Origin: Dehalococcoidia bacterium
GTDB taxonomy: Bacteria; Chloroflexota; Dehalococcoidia; Bin125
Assembly (NCBI GenBank): GCA_963663235.2
Contig: CAXXNO010000002.1
Span: forward strand, 1-64,000
Reading direction: 5' to 3'
DNA length: 64,000 nucleotides
Shown: one piece after another, positions 29,503 to 39,584 of the stretch
Layout: each line of letters opens with the position of its first letter
How positions within the stretch are numbered: position 1 is the first letter of the stretch
Translations under genes and position numbers: made by a program
Notes under the pieces: model-generated
Told to the model about the DNA's origin: nothing
Databases searched by the model: none
The model's input: the letters and a program-made list of their open reading frames with translations, nothing else

Positions 29503-30231
29503 GTGGGTCGCAAGCCTGCGCCCAAAGCGATGCTCATCGATCTGCACAACCACACGTGGCCGCGCTCGCACGATTCGGTCCTGGACCCAAGGGACCTCGT
29601 GGAGCGGGCCCGCGCGGCGGGCCTGGACGGGATCTGCGTCACCGAGCACGACGCCATCTGGGACCCCGCGGATCTGCGGGAACTCTGCGAGGAGACGAAC
29701 TTCCTGGTGCTCCCCGGGGTCGAGATCAGCACCGACGACGGCCACATTCTCTCCTACGGAGTCGAGAAATACGTCTTCGGAATGCACCGCGTGCAGACGC
29801 TGGCGGATCACGTCAACGAGCGCGGCGGGACGCTGGTCGCGGCGCACCCCTACCGCCGGCTCATGCCCTGGCGCGACGAGGAAGAAGACTGGCGGCGCGC
29901 CCTGGAGCGGGCCGCCCGGAACCCCGCCTTCCGCATGTGCGTGGCGCTGGAGCATCTCAACGGACGGGCCATGGAGCGGCAGAACCGCTTCAGCGGCGAG
30001 CTCTGCGAGCTGATGGAGCTGCCCGGGACCGGCGGCACCGATTCCCATGCCGTGCACGACATCGGCAAGGTCGCGACGTACTTCGAGTCTGATCAGATCT
30101 CCGACTGGCGCGACCTGGTGCGCGAGCTCAAGGGGGGGCGTTTCCACGCCGTCGACCTCTCGACCGAGCAGGAGATCAGCACCTCACCCGTCCAGGACGC
30201 CGCGCCGGACGCGGCGGCGCAGCCGGGCTGA
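29503..30231 (+). CDS. PHP-domain phosphoesterase
   Basis: 'IDLHNHT', 'ICVTEHD', 'PGVEIST..GHIL', 'AAHPYR', 'GGTDSH'; start could be ATG 29530. Confidence 0.88.
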   Translation: MGRKPAPKAMLIDLHNHTWPRSHDSVLDPRDLVERARAAGLDGICVTEHDAIWDPADLRELCEETNFLVLPGVEISTDDGHILSYGVEKYVFGMHRVQTLADHVNERGGTLVAAHPYRRLMPWRDEEEDWRRALERAARNPAFRMCVALEHLNGRAMERQNRFSGELCELMELPGTGGTDSHAVHDIGKVATYFESDQISDWRDLVRELKGGRFHAVDLSTEQEISTSPVQDAAPDAAAQPG

Positions 30232-30258
30232 TTCCGGGCCCGGCAGAAGGGAGCCGCG

Positions 30259-30789
30259 GTGCCCAGCGACGACCAAGCATTCCCCTCCGTGGTCACAGAC
30301 GCCATGCGCGCCCGCATCGGCGTGGACGGCGTCCCGGCCGAGTTCGAGGTCACCACCAGCAGCGTGCGCGCCTTTGCCCGTGCGGTGGGCTATGAGGACC
30401 GCGTCTTCTACAACCGCGACGAGGCCCGTCGCCGCGGCCATCGCGACCTACCCGCCCCGCCGGGCTATCTCGGGAGTATCGTGTTCGATCCCTCCTGGCC
30501 GGACACCATCTGGGGCCGGCCGGAGGGCTTCCTGCCGCGCATGGACACGCCCTACGCCCAGATCCTCAACGGCGGCAACGACGTGGAGTACTTCGACGAA
30601 GAGATCTGCGCCGGGGACCTGCTCACGGCCAGCGCGAAAATCGAGGGCTTCAACGAGCGCTACTCCTCGGCGCTGGGCGGCCCGATGCTGATCCAAGTGA
30701 CCTCCATCACCTACAAGAATCAGCACGGTACCGTGGTGGCGGTCATGCGCAACACGAGCCTCTCGTACGGCGAGAAGAAGGAGAGCTAG
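30259..30789 (+). CDS. MaoC/HadA-like hot-dog dehydratase partner subunit (FAS1-like dehydratase N domain)
   Basis: 'VRAFARAVG', 'DEARRRGHRDLPAPP', 'LNGGNDVEY', 'YKNQHG'. Confidence 0.8.
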   Translation: MPSDDQAFPSVVTDAMRARIGVDGVPAEFEVTTSSVRAFARAVGYEDRVFYNRDEARRRGHRDLPAPPGYLGSIVFDPSWPDTIWGRPEGFLPRMDTPYAQILNGGNDVEYFDEEICAGDLLTASAKIEGFNERYSSALGGPMLIQVTSITYKNQHGTVVAVMRNTSLSYGEKKES

Positions 30790-30792
30790 GCC

Positions 30793-31230
30793 ATGGGCGA
30801 GCAGGTGTACTTCGAAGACGTGGAGGTGGATGCGTCGATCCCCGACCTGGAGAAGCGGCCGAGCACGCTGCAACTGGCGCTCTGGGCGGCCGGCTCCGGG
30901 GACTTTTACCAGATCCACTACGACAAGGACTTCGCCATCGCCGCGGGCTTGGACGGCATCATCGTCCACGGTGCGCTCAAGCACGCCTTTCTGGGCGAGG
31001 TGGTGCACCGCTGGATCGCGCCGGGCGGGCGCATCAAGCGGCTGGCCTGCTCCTACCGAGGCATGGACCTCCCCGATCGGCGGCTCACGCAGCGAGGGCG
31101 GGTGGTGAAGAAGCACCAAGAGGGTGGGCACAACATCGTGGAGTTGGAGATCTGGAGCGAGAACGAGCAAGGGGAGCCCACCACACCGGGCACGGCGGTA
31201 GTCACGCTGCCTTCGCGTTCGTCAGGTTAG
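30793..31230 (+). CDS. MaoC/HadB-like (R)-specific acyl dehydratase
   Basis: Hydratase-2 motif 'SGDFYQIHYD..FA...GL..IIVHG'. Confidence 0.85.
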   Translation: MGEQVYFEDVEVDASIPDLEKRPSTLQLALWAAGSGDFYQIHYDKDFAIAAGLDGIIVHGALKHAFLGEVVHRWIAPGGRIKRLACSYRGMDLPDRRLTQRGRVVKKHQEGGHNIVELEIWSENEQGEPTTPGTAVVTLPSRSSG

Positions 31231-31805
31231 TTGTCGCCGCTGCGGGTGACGGCGCGGCGCGCGTAGTCCCGCTGCCAGCGCCACTCGCGGCGCACCTCCA
31301 TCACGTGAAAGCGATGGCCGCCGCGGCGGGCGCGCCCGCAGTCGCGGAACCCGGCGCGCGCGAAGCTGCGCTGCGCGCGCAGATTCCAGTCCAGCGTGTG
31401 CAAATACAGACGCGTCAATGACGTCTCAGTGAAGATGTGGTCCACCAGCAAGCCCACCGCCTCGGCGCCGTAGCCGCGGCCCCAGTAGGCGGGCTCCCCG
31501 ATGGTGATCCCCACCTCGGCCTCCCGCCGTCCGAAGTCGATGTTGTAGTACATGGCGTTGCCGATGTGGCGGCCGTGGAGATCATCGATGGCCACAACGC
31601 GCCGGGCGACGGGGGGGCGCATCAATTCCGCCGTATACGTGACGAGGAACTCCGCGTAGGGCATGCGGATGGGGCTGGCGGCGTCGTAGCGGACCAGGCC
31701 GAGGTCGGAGCGCCAGGCGTAATCGTGCGGGGCATCGGCGAGTCGCTTCTGCCGCAGCACCACCTGCGACCCACGGGCGACCGTGCTGTCCTGCGCGGTG
31801 GTCAT
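31227..31805 (-). CDS. GNAT (RimJ/RimL-like) acetyltransferase
   Basis: 'HIGNAMYYN', 'EVGITIGEPAYWGRGYG', 'LDWNLRAQRSF'. Confidence 0.82.
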   Translation of the reverse strand: MTTAQDSTVARGSQVVLRQKRLADAPHDYAWRSDLGLVRYDAASPIRMPYAEFLVTYTAELMRPPVARRVVAIDDLHGRHIGNAMYYNIDFGRREAEVGITIGEPAYWGRGYGAEAVGLLVDHIFTETSLTRLYLHTLDWNLRAQRSFARAGFRDCGRARRGGHRFHVMEVRREWRWQRDYARRAVTRSGDN

Positions 31806-32272
31806 CGCGCGGCTCCCGCGGCCTGTCCGTCGGCGCGCTCGATCAGCGCGGCCGCCTGGCGCAGGATGGAGGCCGTGTTCTCGTGCGTGGCGCGTTGGAC
31901 CGCATCGGCTATCGGGAACCAGCGCACGCTCACGTGCTCGGCGTCGTGTTGCTCCAGGCTCCCGCCCGTCGGTCGCATGAGCCAGAAGTGTACGGACTTG
32001 TGAAAGCGCCGCGCTTCTTCGCTGCGGACGAACCAGTACTCGATACTGCCCACTTTGTCTTCGAGCGCGACTTCCAGGCCCGTCTCCTCGGCGACCTCTC
32101 GCAGCGCCGTCTGCTCCAGGGCTTCCTCGGCGCCCGGCGTGCCCTTGGGCAGGCCCCACTGGCCTCCGGGGGTCTCCAGCAGCAGGACCTCCATCGTTCC
32201 GCGCCGTTGACGGTAGACCACCCCGCCGGCGGAGACGGCCTGCACGATACGTAATCGCGGTTGGTGTGTCAC
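31802..32272 (-). CDS. NUDIX hydrolase (Ap4A-hydrolase-like)
   Basis: 'SAGGVVY', 'WGLPKG', Nudix box 'EALEQTALREVAEETGL'. Confidence 0.88.
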   Translation of the reverse strand: MTHQPRLRIVQAVSAGGVVYRQRRGTMEVLLLETPGGQWGLPKGTPGAEEALEQTALREVAEETGLEVALEDKVGSIEYWFVRSEEARRFHKSVHFWLMRPTGGSLEQHDAEHVSVRWFPIADAVQRATHENTASILRQAAALIERADGQAAGAAR

Positions 32273-32275
32273 GGC

Positions 32276-33235
32276 CTAGCGCCCACCCTTCCGCAACTCC
32301 AGCGGGTCCTCGCCGAGCGTCAGGCTTTGCAGCGCTGCCTGCGAGGCGGTTCGCAGCGCGGCGTCTGGGTGCGTCGCATACTCTTGCAGGGCCTCACGGG
32401 CCTCCGGGCCGCCGATCTCGCCGAGCGCGGCGATGACCGCCAGCACCACCTCAGGACTTTCGTCTTCCAGCAGATCGCGAAGCAGAGGCGCCGCGTCCTC
32501 GTCGCCGATCTCGCCCGCGGCGAACGCCGCCGCCACTCGCTCATCTTCATCCAGCGCGGTGAGCGCGGCCGCGATGGTCGGCAGCCAGTACACGTCGGCG
32601 CTGCGACCCATGGCCCGTAAGGCGCCGACACGGAGGTCGGGATCGTCGGCGGCGTAAATATCGTGGATGAGGTCGCGCACCCATTCGGCGCTGATCACGC
32701 CGAGGCTCTCCAGCGCCGCCGCTTGGACTACGGGCGCTTCCGTGCCGGCTTCGACCAGGGCACGGAGGGTGTTGGCGACCAAGTCGGCGTGGCGCGGCTG
32801 TAGCCGGCCGAACTCTCCCTGGAGGGCGAATGTCCCCAGCGCCGCGGCGGCCTCCACGCGCACCTGCTCGTCCGGATCGTCCGCGACCACGGCGGCCAGC
32901 CTGATCAGCGCCTGCGGATCTTCGTACTGGGCCAGGCCGCTGGCCGCCAGGGCCCGCACATCGGCGACGTCGTCTTCAAGGCAGTCCAGACAGATGGCGG
33001 AGTAATCCAGCGTGAGCCGCTCTTCCGCCAACTCGATCAGCCGCTCCAGAAAAGCAAAGCGGGCCGTCTGGTCCAGCGAGCGCATTGCATCCCGCACGCG
33101 CTGGCGCGCGCCTGCGTCCACGTCGCTGAGGGCAGTGAGGTCTTCGCTCGGAATCTCGCGCGTGCCCGCCGCGAGCGCGGCGAAGAGTCCCTCCAGGTCC
33201 ACCTGTGAGGCCTGAGGCGCGTGTCCGGCGTTCAT
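32276..33235 (-). CDS. HEAT-repeat protein
   Basis: Repeated 'D.DEQVR..AA.ALG', 'DPDLRVGALRAMG', 'ESPEVVLAVIAALGEIG'. Confidence 0.82.
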   Translation of the reverse strand: MNAGHAPQASQVDLEGLFAALAAGTREIPSEDLTALSDVDAGARQRVRDAMRSLDQTARFAFLERLIELAEERLTLDYSAICLDCLEDDVADVRALAASGLAQYEDPQALIRLAAVVADDPDEQVRVEAAAALGTFALQGEFGRLQPRHADLVANTLRALVEAGTEAPVVQAAALESLGVISAEWVRDLIHDIYAADDPDLRVGALRAMGRSADVYWLPTIAAALTALDEDERVAAAFAAGEIGDEDAAPLLRDLLEDESPEVVLAVIAALGEIGGPEAREALQEYATHPDAALRTASQAALQSLTLGEDPLELRKGGR

Positions 33236-33285
33236 GGGCCTTTCCAAGGCGCAGCGGCGCGCCGCCCGGGCGCCGCGTTGCGATC

Positions 33286-34377
33286 TCAGTCTACGCGCCG
33301 CCCCCCATCCCCGGCCACTGCGGAACCGCCCTCGCCGGCCGTCCCGGGGTCCACGCGAGGGAGGCCGGCCAGCTCGTCCTGCGCCGCCCGGGTCATCAGC
33401 GCCCGAATCGCGTCCGTGGGCCGCTCCCCTTCGAAGAGCACGCGGTGCGTGGCTTCTACGATGGGCATATCGACGCCAGCGCGACGGGCCAGCGCGCGGG
33501 CTGGGCGAGTAGTCTCCACTCCCTCCGCCACGTGCACCATGTCGGCGAGGATCTCGTCGAGACGCCGCCCCTTGGCCAGTTCCTCGCCGACGTGGCGGTT
33601 GCGCGAGCGTCGGCTGACGCTGGTGACGATGAGGTCGCCCAGGCCGGCAAGGCCGGTGAAGGTGAGGGGCGCGGCGCCCTGGGACACGCCCAGCCGGGTC
33701 ATCTCCGCCAGGCCGCGGGTCAGGAACGCCGCCCGGCCGTTCTCGCCCGTGTTCAGCCCATCACCGATCCCGACGCCGATGGTGATCACGTTCTTGAGCG
33801 CCCCCCCCAACTCCACGCCCACCACGTCGGAGCTGGTGTAGACGCGGAACATCTCGGTCATCAGCATCTCTCGCACCGTCTCGCTGACCCGCGGGTCGCT
33901 GCTGGCCACGACCGTGGCCACGGGAAGCCCCAGCGCGACCTCCCGCGCGATGTTGGGGCCGGAGATCACGGCCACCGGCGGCTCCTCGCCGATCGCGCGG
34001 GCGCCCTCCGCCAGCACCTGCGACATCCGCAACTCGCTGCCTGCTTCCAGTCCCTTGCAGGCGCTGACCAGGGGCGGCAGCGGGCGGGAGAGGCCGGGCA
34101 GCACACGTTGGAGATTTTCACGCAAGCTCTGAGAAGGGACGGCGAAGACGACTGCGTCCAGCGGCCCTATGCCGGTCCCGTCCGCTTGGAACACCAGTGA
34201 GTCCGGCAGCGCGATTCCCGGCAGCAGCCGGCGCTCCTCGCGCTCGGCGCTTAGGCGCTCGGCTTCCTCGGGCGTGCGGCAAGCGACGGTGACCCGGGCG
34301 CCCGCTCGGGCGAACTGCATGGCCAGCGTGCAGCCCCACGATGTGGTCCCGACCACCAGGGCGTGCGGGGCGCTCAC
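33286..34377 (-). CDS. gpsA: NAD(P)H-dependent glycerol-3-phosphate dehydrogenase
   Basis: 'GTTSWG', 'ACKGLE', 'SGPNIA', 'ELGGALKNVI', 'GLAGLGDL', 'SRNR', 'VAEGV'. Confidence 0.93.
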   Translation of the reverse strand: MSAPHALVVGTTSWGCTLAMQFARAGARVTVACRTPEEAERLSAEREERRLLPGIALPDSLVFQADGTGIGPLDAVVFAVPSQSLRENLQRVLPGLSRPLPPLVSACKGLEAGSELRMSQVLAEGARAIGEEPPVAVISGPNIAREVALGLPVATVVASSDPRVSETVREMLMTEMFRVYTSSDVVGVELGGALKNVITIGVGIGDGLNTGENGRAAFLTRGLAEMTRLGVSQGAAPLTFTGLAGLGDLIVTSVSRRSRNRHVGEELAKGRRLDEILADMVHVAEGVETTRPARALARRAGVDMPIVEATHRVLFEGERPTDAIRALMTRAAQDELAGLPRVDPGTAGEGGSAVAGDGGRRVD

Positions 34378-35024
34378 GGGCGCTGATCTCGCGGCTGCGG
34401 CGCGAGCTTGGGCGTCGTTCTGGTCCGCCCCAGCGTGGGCTCCGTCCCTTTCAGGAGACGCACGATATTGTCCCGGTGCGAGATGGAGATGATCACGAAG
34501 GCTCCCACAGCGTAGGCATAGTACGCGGTGGGCTCGTCGGCGAACGCGACCAGCAACGCTTGGGTGAGAGCGCCGCCCGCCAAGGCCACGAGGGTGCTCA
34601 GGGACATGACGCGCGTGGTGGCCAGCAGGCCGATGGTCAGTCCCGCGGCCACTGCCCCGGCCAGCGGCGTGAGGACAAGGATCGCGCCCAGGGCGGTCGC
34701 GCCGCCGCGGCCGCCGCGGAACCCGGCGAGGAGCGGATAGATGTGTCCCGTGATCGCGGCCAGCCCGGCGAGCGCTTCGGCGGTTGGGCTATCCCAGACC
34801 AGGTAGACGATGAGCACCGGGAGGGCGCCCTTGGAGACGTCCAAGCCGAGGACCAGGAGGGACCACTTCTTGCCCAGGCGTCGCAGGGTGTTGGTCGCGC
34901 CGGTCTTGCCGCTGCCCACCTGCCGCAGGTCGACTCCGCCCACCACGCGGCCGATCCACAGCCCCACCGGGATGGAGCCCAGCAGATAGCCCACCAGCAG
35001 GGCGGTGACCCAGGCTTCAGCCAT
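34374..35024 (-). CDS. plsY: Glycerol-3-phosphate acyltransferase PlsY
   Basis: 'YLLGSIP', 'GSGKTGATN', 'DVSKG', 'GHIYP...FRGGRG', 'HRDNIVRL'. Confidence 0.93.
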   Translation of the reverse strand: MAEAWVTALLVGYLLGSIPVGLWIGRVVGGVDLRQVGSGKTGATNTLRRLGKKWSLLVLGLDVSKGALPVLIVYLVWDSPTAEALAGLAAITGHIYPLLAGFRGGRGGATALGAILVLTPLAGAVAAGLTIGLLATTRVMSLSTLVALAGGALTQALLVAFADEPTAYYAYAVGAFVIISISHRDNIVRLLKGTEPTLGRTRTTPKLAPQPRDQRP

Positions 35025-36366
35025 TGGGCTCACCCCGCTTGCGCAGGATCAGCCGCAGGGCGGCGCCCTCGAACCCGAACTCGGATCGAATCCGTCGCTC
35101 CAGGAAGCGCTGATAGGAGAAATGCACGCCGTCAGGATAGTTAACGAAGAGGAGGAAGGTGGGCGGCTCCACGCCGGTCTGCGTGGCGTAGAAGATTTTG
35201 ACGGCGCGGCCATGCACCGCGCCGGGCGGATGCTCGATGGTGGCCCGCTTCAACAGGGCGTTGAGCTTCCCGGTTGGGATCCGCCGACGGCGCTCTTCCG
35301 CGACGGTCACCGCGGTGCGCAGCAGCGTCTCCAGGTTGCGGCGCGTGAGGGCGGACGACCAGATCGCCGGCGCCCAGGGGACGAAACGCGCCCGCCAGCG
35401 CAATTGCCGCGCCCGGCGATCAAGCACCTCCGCATCGTCTTTAATCAGGTCGCTCTTGTTGAGCACCAAGATGAGACCGCGGGCGGCCTCCAGCGCCGCC
35501 CCCAAGATGTGCATATCCTGCGCCACGATGTCTTGCGACGCGTCCAGCACGACCGCTACCACGTCGGCCCGCCCGATGGCCCGGCGGGCGCGTGTGACCG
35601 CCGCGCGTTCCACGCCTCGTCCGAGCCTGCCCGGGCGCCGGATGCCCGCCGTGTCCACCAGCACGATCTTCTTGCCGTCCATCTCCAGCGCGGTGTCTAC
35701 GGCATCGCGCGTGGTGCCGGGCTCCGCGGCGACGATCATGCGCTCTTCTTGGAGCATGGCGTTCACCAGTGAGGATTTCCCCACGTTGGGCCGCCCAACG
35801 ATCGCGAGGCGGCAGCTGACAGTGTCGTCGCGGGCCGGGGCCTGCGGCAGCCGTTCTACGACGCGGTCCAGCAGGTCGCCGACGCCGAGCCCGTGCAAGG
35901 CGCTCACGGTCTGCGGCTCGCCGAGGCCCAGCCGAAAGAACTCGCCGGTCTCGGCCTCCAGGGCGGCGTTGTCGGCCTTGTTGAGCACGAGGTAGACGGG
36001 CTGCGACGCCTGACGCAGCAACGCCGCGACATCGTGGTCCAGCGGTAACACCCCTGTTTGCACGTCCAGCACGAAGAAGATCGCGTCCGCCTCCTCCAGC
36101 GCCTGGCCCACCTGCTCGCTGATGGGCGTGGCGTAGGGGCCGGACACGGCCTCGCCCATCAAGCCGCCCGTGTCCACGACGGCGAACGTCAGTCCATGCC
36201 AGGCTGCCTCGCCGTAGTGGCGGTCGCGGGTGGTGCCGGCTTCCTCCTCCACGATCGCCTGCCGCCGGCCCACGATCCGGTTGAAGAGCGAAGACTTGCC
36301 CACGTTGGGACGGCCCACGATCGCGACCAGCGGCAGCCCGCTTTTGGCAGGGGCGGCGAGGGTCAT
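35017..36366 (-). CDS. der: Ribosome biogenesis GTPase Der (EngA)
   Basis: Two G domains, each with GRPNVGKSS, TTRD, DTxG and NKxD; C-terminal KH-like domain. Confidence 0.96.
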   Translation of the reverse strand: MTLAAPAKSGLPLVAIVGRPNVGKSSLFNRIVGRRQAIVEEEAGTTRDRHYGEAAWHGLTFAVVDTGGLMGEAVSGPYATPISEQVGQALEEADAIFFVLDVQTGVLPLDHDVAALLRQASQPVYLVLNKADNAALEAETGEFFRLGLGEPQTVSALHGLGVGDLLDRVVERLPQAPARDDTVSCRLAIVGRPNVGKSSLVNAMLQEERMIVAAEPGTTRDAVDTALEMDGKKIVLVDTAGIRRPGRLGRGVERAAVTRARRAIGRADVVAVVLDASQDIVAQDMHILGAALEAARGLILVLNKSDLIKDDAEVLDRRARQLRWRARFVPWAPAIWSSALTRRNLETLLRTAVTVAEERRRRIPTGKLNALLKRATIEHPPGAVHGRAVKIFYATQTGVEPPTFLLFVNYPDGVHFSYQRFLERRIRSEFGFEGAALRLILRKRGEPNG

Positions 36367-37595
36367 GGCTCCTCCACCACGAGCGTGACCTGCACGTCGC
36401 CGGGAATGACCGTCACCGTGACTCCGGGCGGCGCTTCCACTTCCACGCGCAGGGAATGCTCACCAGGCTCGAGGTCGGCGGCGCTCACGGACACCTGCCG
36501 CAGCCGCTGGATGAGATCCGCGACGTCGGGCGCCGGGCCATCCATGACGACGGTGACGAGCACCGGCTCGACCGTGGCGCTGAGCCCCTCCGCGAGGTCC
36601 GTCACCACCAGCGGGAGCTCCAACGCCGTCGCCAGCACCAGCGGCTCCACTTGCACCCGCACCCGCACGATCGTTTCTTCTTCCAACGCCAGCCCGCCCG
36701 GCGGGAGCAAGTCCACGTCCGCGACCAGGTCCGCGTCGGCGCCTTCCACCGAGACGGCCGCGGTTGGGACGCTGCCGACGCGCTCGAGCGCCTCCAGCGT
36801 GCCGACCACCACCACGCTCAAGGGGTCGACGTCCACGGTCAGCACCCGATATCCGGCCGCCGGCCTGCCCACGATCTGCGGCTCAACGGCCACCGACCGG
36901 CGGAACGTCAGTTGCTGGATGGGGATTCGAACCTCCACGGCGGACGGCTGAATCAGCAGGCCGCTCACGGCCGCGCCCGTGGCGGTGCGGGCCTGGAGCG
37001 TGGTGGTCAAGGCCACGTCCACCGTCGCGCCGCGCAGGTCGACCGCCGCCACCACCTCGTCGACCAGTTCGACGAGTTGCCGAATCCCGCTCACCGTCAC
37101 CGTCTCCAGGGACAGCTGCGGCGCGCCCACTTCGAACCCCAGCGGCGGGGGGTTCCCCACCGCCACCGTGATCGCGAGCGTCCGCTCCTCCACCGGCTCC
37201 AGGATGACGTTCACCGACTCCGGGACCACCGCGCGCACCCGCACGCCGTCGGCCAGCGACTGAACGCGGACCGGTACCAAGTGCTCACCCACTTCCAGCG
37301 CCGTCAGGTCGACCGTCGTCGCGAAGTCCTCCGGCGTCACGCCGGCGATGTCGGACTCTTCGCCCGCGATGGTGATCGAGGCCGTTGGGAAGCGGTTCGC
37401 CAAGGCCAGGCCGTTGGGCGTGTTGACCGCGTCGATCACCAGGCCGAAGCCCAGCCGCTCCTCGATGGTCTCGACCTGCGCATCGGTCACCAGGAACCAG
37501 ATCACCAGCGCCAGCGCCACCGCCACCAGCGCCAGCAGCAGGTTGACCCCGGCGCGCCGCCAGCGCAGCCGCCATGGGGCGGGCCAGCGGATCAT
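36363..37595 (-). CDS. cdaR: CdaR (YbbR-repeat) diadenylate cyclase regulator
   Basis: N-terminal TM then YbbR-like repeats ('G.P..G(F/Y)', 'P..V.V.G'); follows cdaA. Confidence 0.85.
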   Translation of the reverse strand: MIRWPAPWRLRWRRAGVNLLLALVAVALALVIWFLVTDAQVETIEERLGFGLVIDAVNTPNGLALANRFPTASITIAGEESDIAGVTPEDFATTVDLTALEVGEHLVPVRVQSLADGVRVRAVVPESVNVILEPVEERTLAITVAVGNPPPLGFEVGAPQLSLETVTVSGIRQLVELVDEVVAAVDLRGATVDVALTTTLQARTATGAAVSGLLIQPSAVEVRIPIQQLTFRRSVAVEPQIVGRPAAGYRVLTVDVDPLSVVVVGTLEALERVGSVPTAAVSVEGADADLVADVDLLPPGGLALEEETIVRVRVQVEPLVLATALELPLVVTDLAEGLSATVEPVLVTVVMDGPAPDVADLIQRLRQVSVSAADLEPGEHSLRVEVEAPPGVTVTVIPGDVQVTLVVEEP

Positions 37596-37596
37596 G

Positions 37597-38427
37597 CTAC
37601 GCCCTCCTGCGGTGGGCCCGCAGCCGCAGTTCGCGCGCCGTGCCGTTGGTCAACATGGCCAGATGGGCGTGCAGGCCCTCGCCACTCAGCCGGGGCGAGA
37701 GCCGCCCATCGTTCGCCACCGAGATTGCGCCCGTCTCCTCCGATACCACCACCACCACCGCGTCCGTCTGTTCGCTGATGCCGAGCGCCGCGCGATGCCG
37801 CAGCCCCAGATGCCGCGCTTGGCGGCTTGGCTCCGCCGACACGGGCAGCGTGCAGGCGGCGGCCACGACCCGCTCGGGGCGCAGCACCACGGCGCCATCG
37901 TGGAGGGGTGAGTGGGGGTAGAAGATCCCCTTCAGCAGCTCTGGCGTCGGCAGCGCATCCACCGCGACCCCCGTGTCGGCGATCTCCTGGAGGCCGGTTT
38001 CGCGCTCGATCACCATGAGCGCCCCGGTGTGTTGTTGCGCCAGGTCATCCGCCGCTCTGGCCACCACCTGGATGAGCGGCTCGTACGTCTCCCGCCCCAG
38101 GCCGATCCAGGATCGCACGCCCGCGCGCCCCACCCGCTCCAAGGCGCGCCGGAACTCGGGCTGGAACACGATCAGCACGAACAGCACCAGCAGGGTCAGG
38201 GCGTTGTTCACCAGCCAGTTCAGGACCCCCAGATCGAAGACGCGGGCCACGACCACGATGGCCACCGTGACGATGGCGACCCCGCGGACGACCGGCATCG
38301 CCGTGGTGCCGTGCACCACGCGCAGCAGGGCGAAGATGACCAGGGCGAGGATCGCCACCTCCAACACGCCCGCCCAGCCGAAGCCGGAGAACGCGTCGGC
38401 GATGTCGTCAAAGAGGTCGTCTTCCAT
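37597..38427 (-). CDS. cdaA: Diadenylate cyclase CdaA
   Basis: 3 TM, 'VFQPEFRRALE', catalytic 'PLHDGA' and 'GLRHRAALG', 'VSEETG'. Confidence 0.94.
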   Translation of the reverse strand: MEDDLFDDIADAFSGFGWAGVLEVAILALVIFALLRVVHGTTAMPVVRGVAIVTVAIVVVARVFDLGVLNWLVNNALTLLVLFVLIVFQPEFRRALERVGRAGVRSWIGLGRETYEPLIQVVARAADDLAQQHTGALMVIERETGLQEIADTGVAVDALPTPELLKGIFYPHSPLHDGAVVLRPERVVAAACTLPVSAEPSRQARHLGLRHRAALGISEQTDAVVVVVSEETGAISVANDGRLSPRLSGEGLHAHLAMLTNGTARELRLRAHRRRA

Positions 38428-38553
38428 CCGACGCTCCGGGAGCCCGAACCGGTGGCCGCTCGCTCCCGGCCACATCTTTCTGAACGCGGCGTGCGCCGTT
38501 GACAGCGGCTACAGGACCGCCCGTGCGCTCTCGCCGACGCGCCGAGGCCAATT

Positions 38554-39471
38554 CTAGCGCAGGAGATGCCAGAGCAGCGCCTGCTGCGCGTGCATGCGGT
38601 TCTCCGCCTGATCAAACACCACCGACTGGGCGCCCTCGATCACCTCATCCGTGATCTCCTCGCCGCGGTGCGCCGGCAGGTCATGCATCACGATCGCGGA
38701 GCGCTTGGCGCAGGCCAGCAGTGAGGCGGAGAGCTGATAGCCCGCAAAGATCTTGCGCCGCGCCGCGGCCTCCGCCTCCTGCCCCATGCTGGTCCAGACA
38801 TCGGTGTAGACCACGTCCGCGCCGTCGACGGCTTCCCGGGGATCTTCCAGGGAGCGGAAGCTGCCGCCGGAGTCCGCCGCCCGGCGTGACGCCGCCTCAG
38901 CGCTGGGCGTATCGAGGGCGTAGCTCGCTGGTGAGGCAAGGCGGACGTGCATCCCCATCGACGTGGCGGCCAGCGCCAGCGAGCGCGCCACGTTGTTGCC
39001 GTCGCCGACGTAGGCCAGGACGCGACCGCGAGCGCCGCCGTGCTCTTGGATCGTCACGAGGTCCGCCAGCGCCTGGCAGGGATGCTCCCAGTCGGAGAGG
39101 GCGTTGATCACCGGCACCCCGGCGTAGGCGGCCAACTCCACGAGTATCTCTTGCGCGAAAGTGCGGCAGGCAATGGCGTCGCAGTAGCGGCCGAGGACGC
39201 GCGCCACGTCCTTGACCGGCTCGCGCACGCCCAAGCCCACCTCCGCCGGCGAGAGGTAGAGCGCCTCACCCCCGAGCCGGCGCATCGCCTGCTCGAAAGA
39301 GACGCGGGTGCGCAACGACGGTTTGTCAAACAGCAGCGCCAAGGTTTTCCCGCCCAGCGCCCGGCGATGCGATCCGGTCGCGTCCGCTTTCTGCGCTTGC
39401 GCGGTCTCGACGAGCGTCGTGATCTCCGTCGCCGTCAGATCGGCGATGCCGAGAAGCGATCGGCCCATCAT
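38554..39471 (-). CDS. argF: Ornithine carbamoyltransferase
   Basis: '[10 protein letters not shown]', '[11 protein letters not shown]', 'GDGNNV', 'YTDVWTSMG', 'HDLPAHRG'. Confidence 0.93.
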   Translation of the reverse strand: MMGRSLLGIADLTATEITTLVETAQAQKADATGSHRRALGGKTLALLFDKPSLRTRVSFEQAMRRLGGEALYLSPAEVGLGVREPVKDVARVLGRYCDAIACRTFAQEILVELAAYAGVPVINALSDWEHPCQALADLVTIQEHGGARGRVLAYVGDGNNVARSLALAATSMGMHVRLASPASYALDTPSAEAASRRAADSGGSFRSLEDPREAVDGADVVYTDVWTSMGQEAEAAARRKIFAGYQLSASLLACAKRSAIVMHDLPAHRGEEITDEVIEGAQSVVFDQAENRMHAQQALLWHLLR

Positions 39472-39584
39472 GAAAGGAGTCCTCCGAGTGGACGGTACTA
39501 TACCATCCAGCGCACGGCGCTTCGCCGTTGGCATCGCCGGTGGCGCGCCGGCGCGGCGCCCGGGGATGCGGGAAGGACGGGCGC

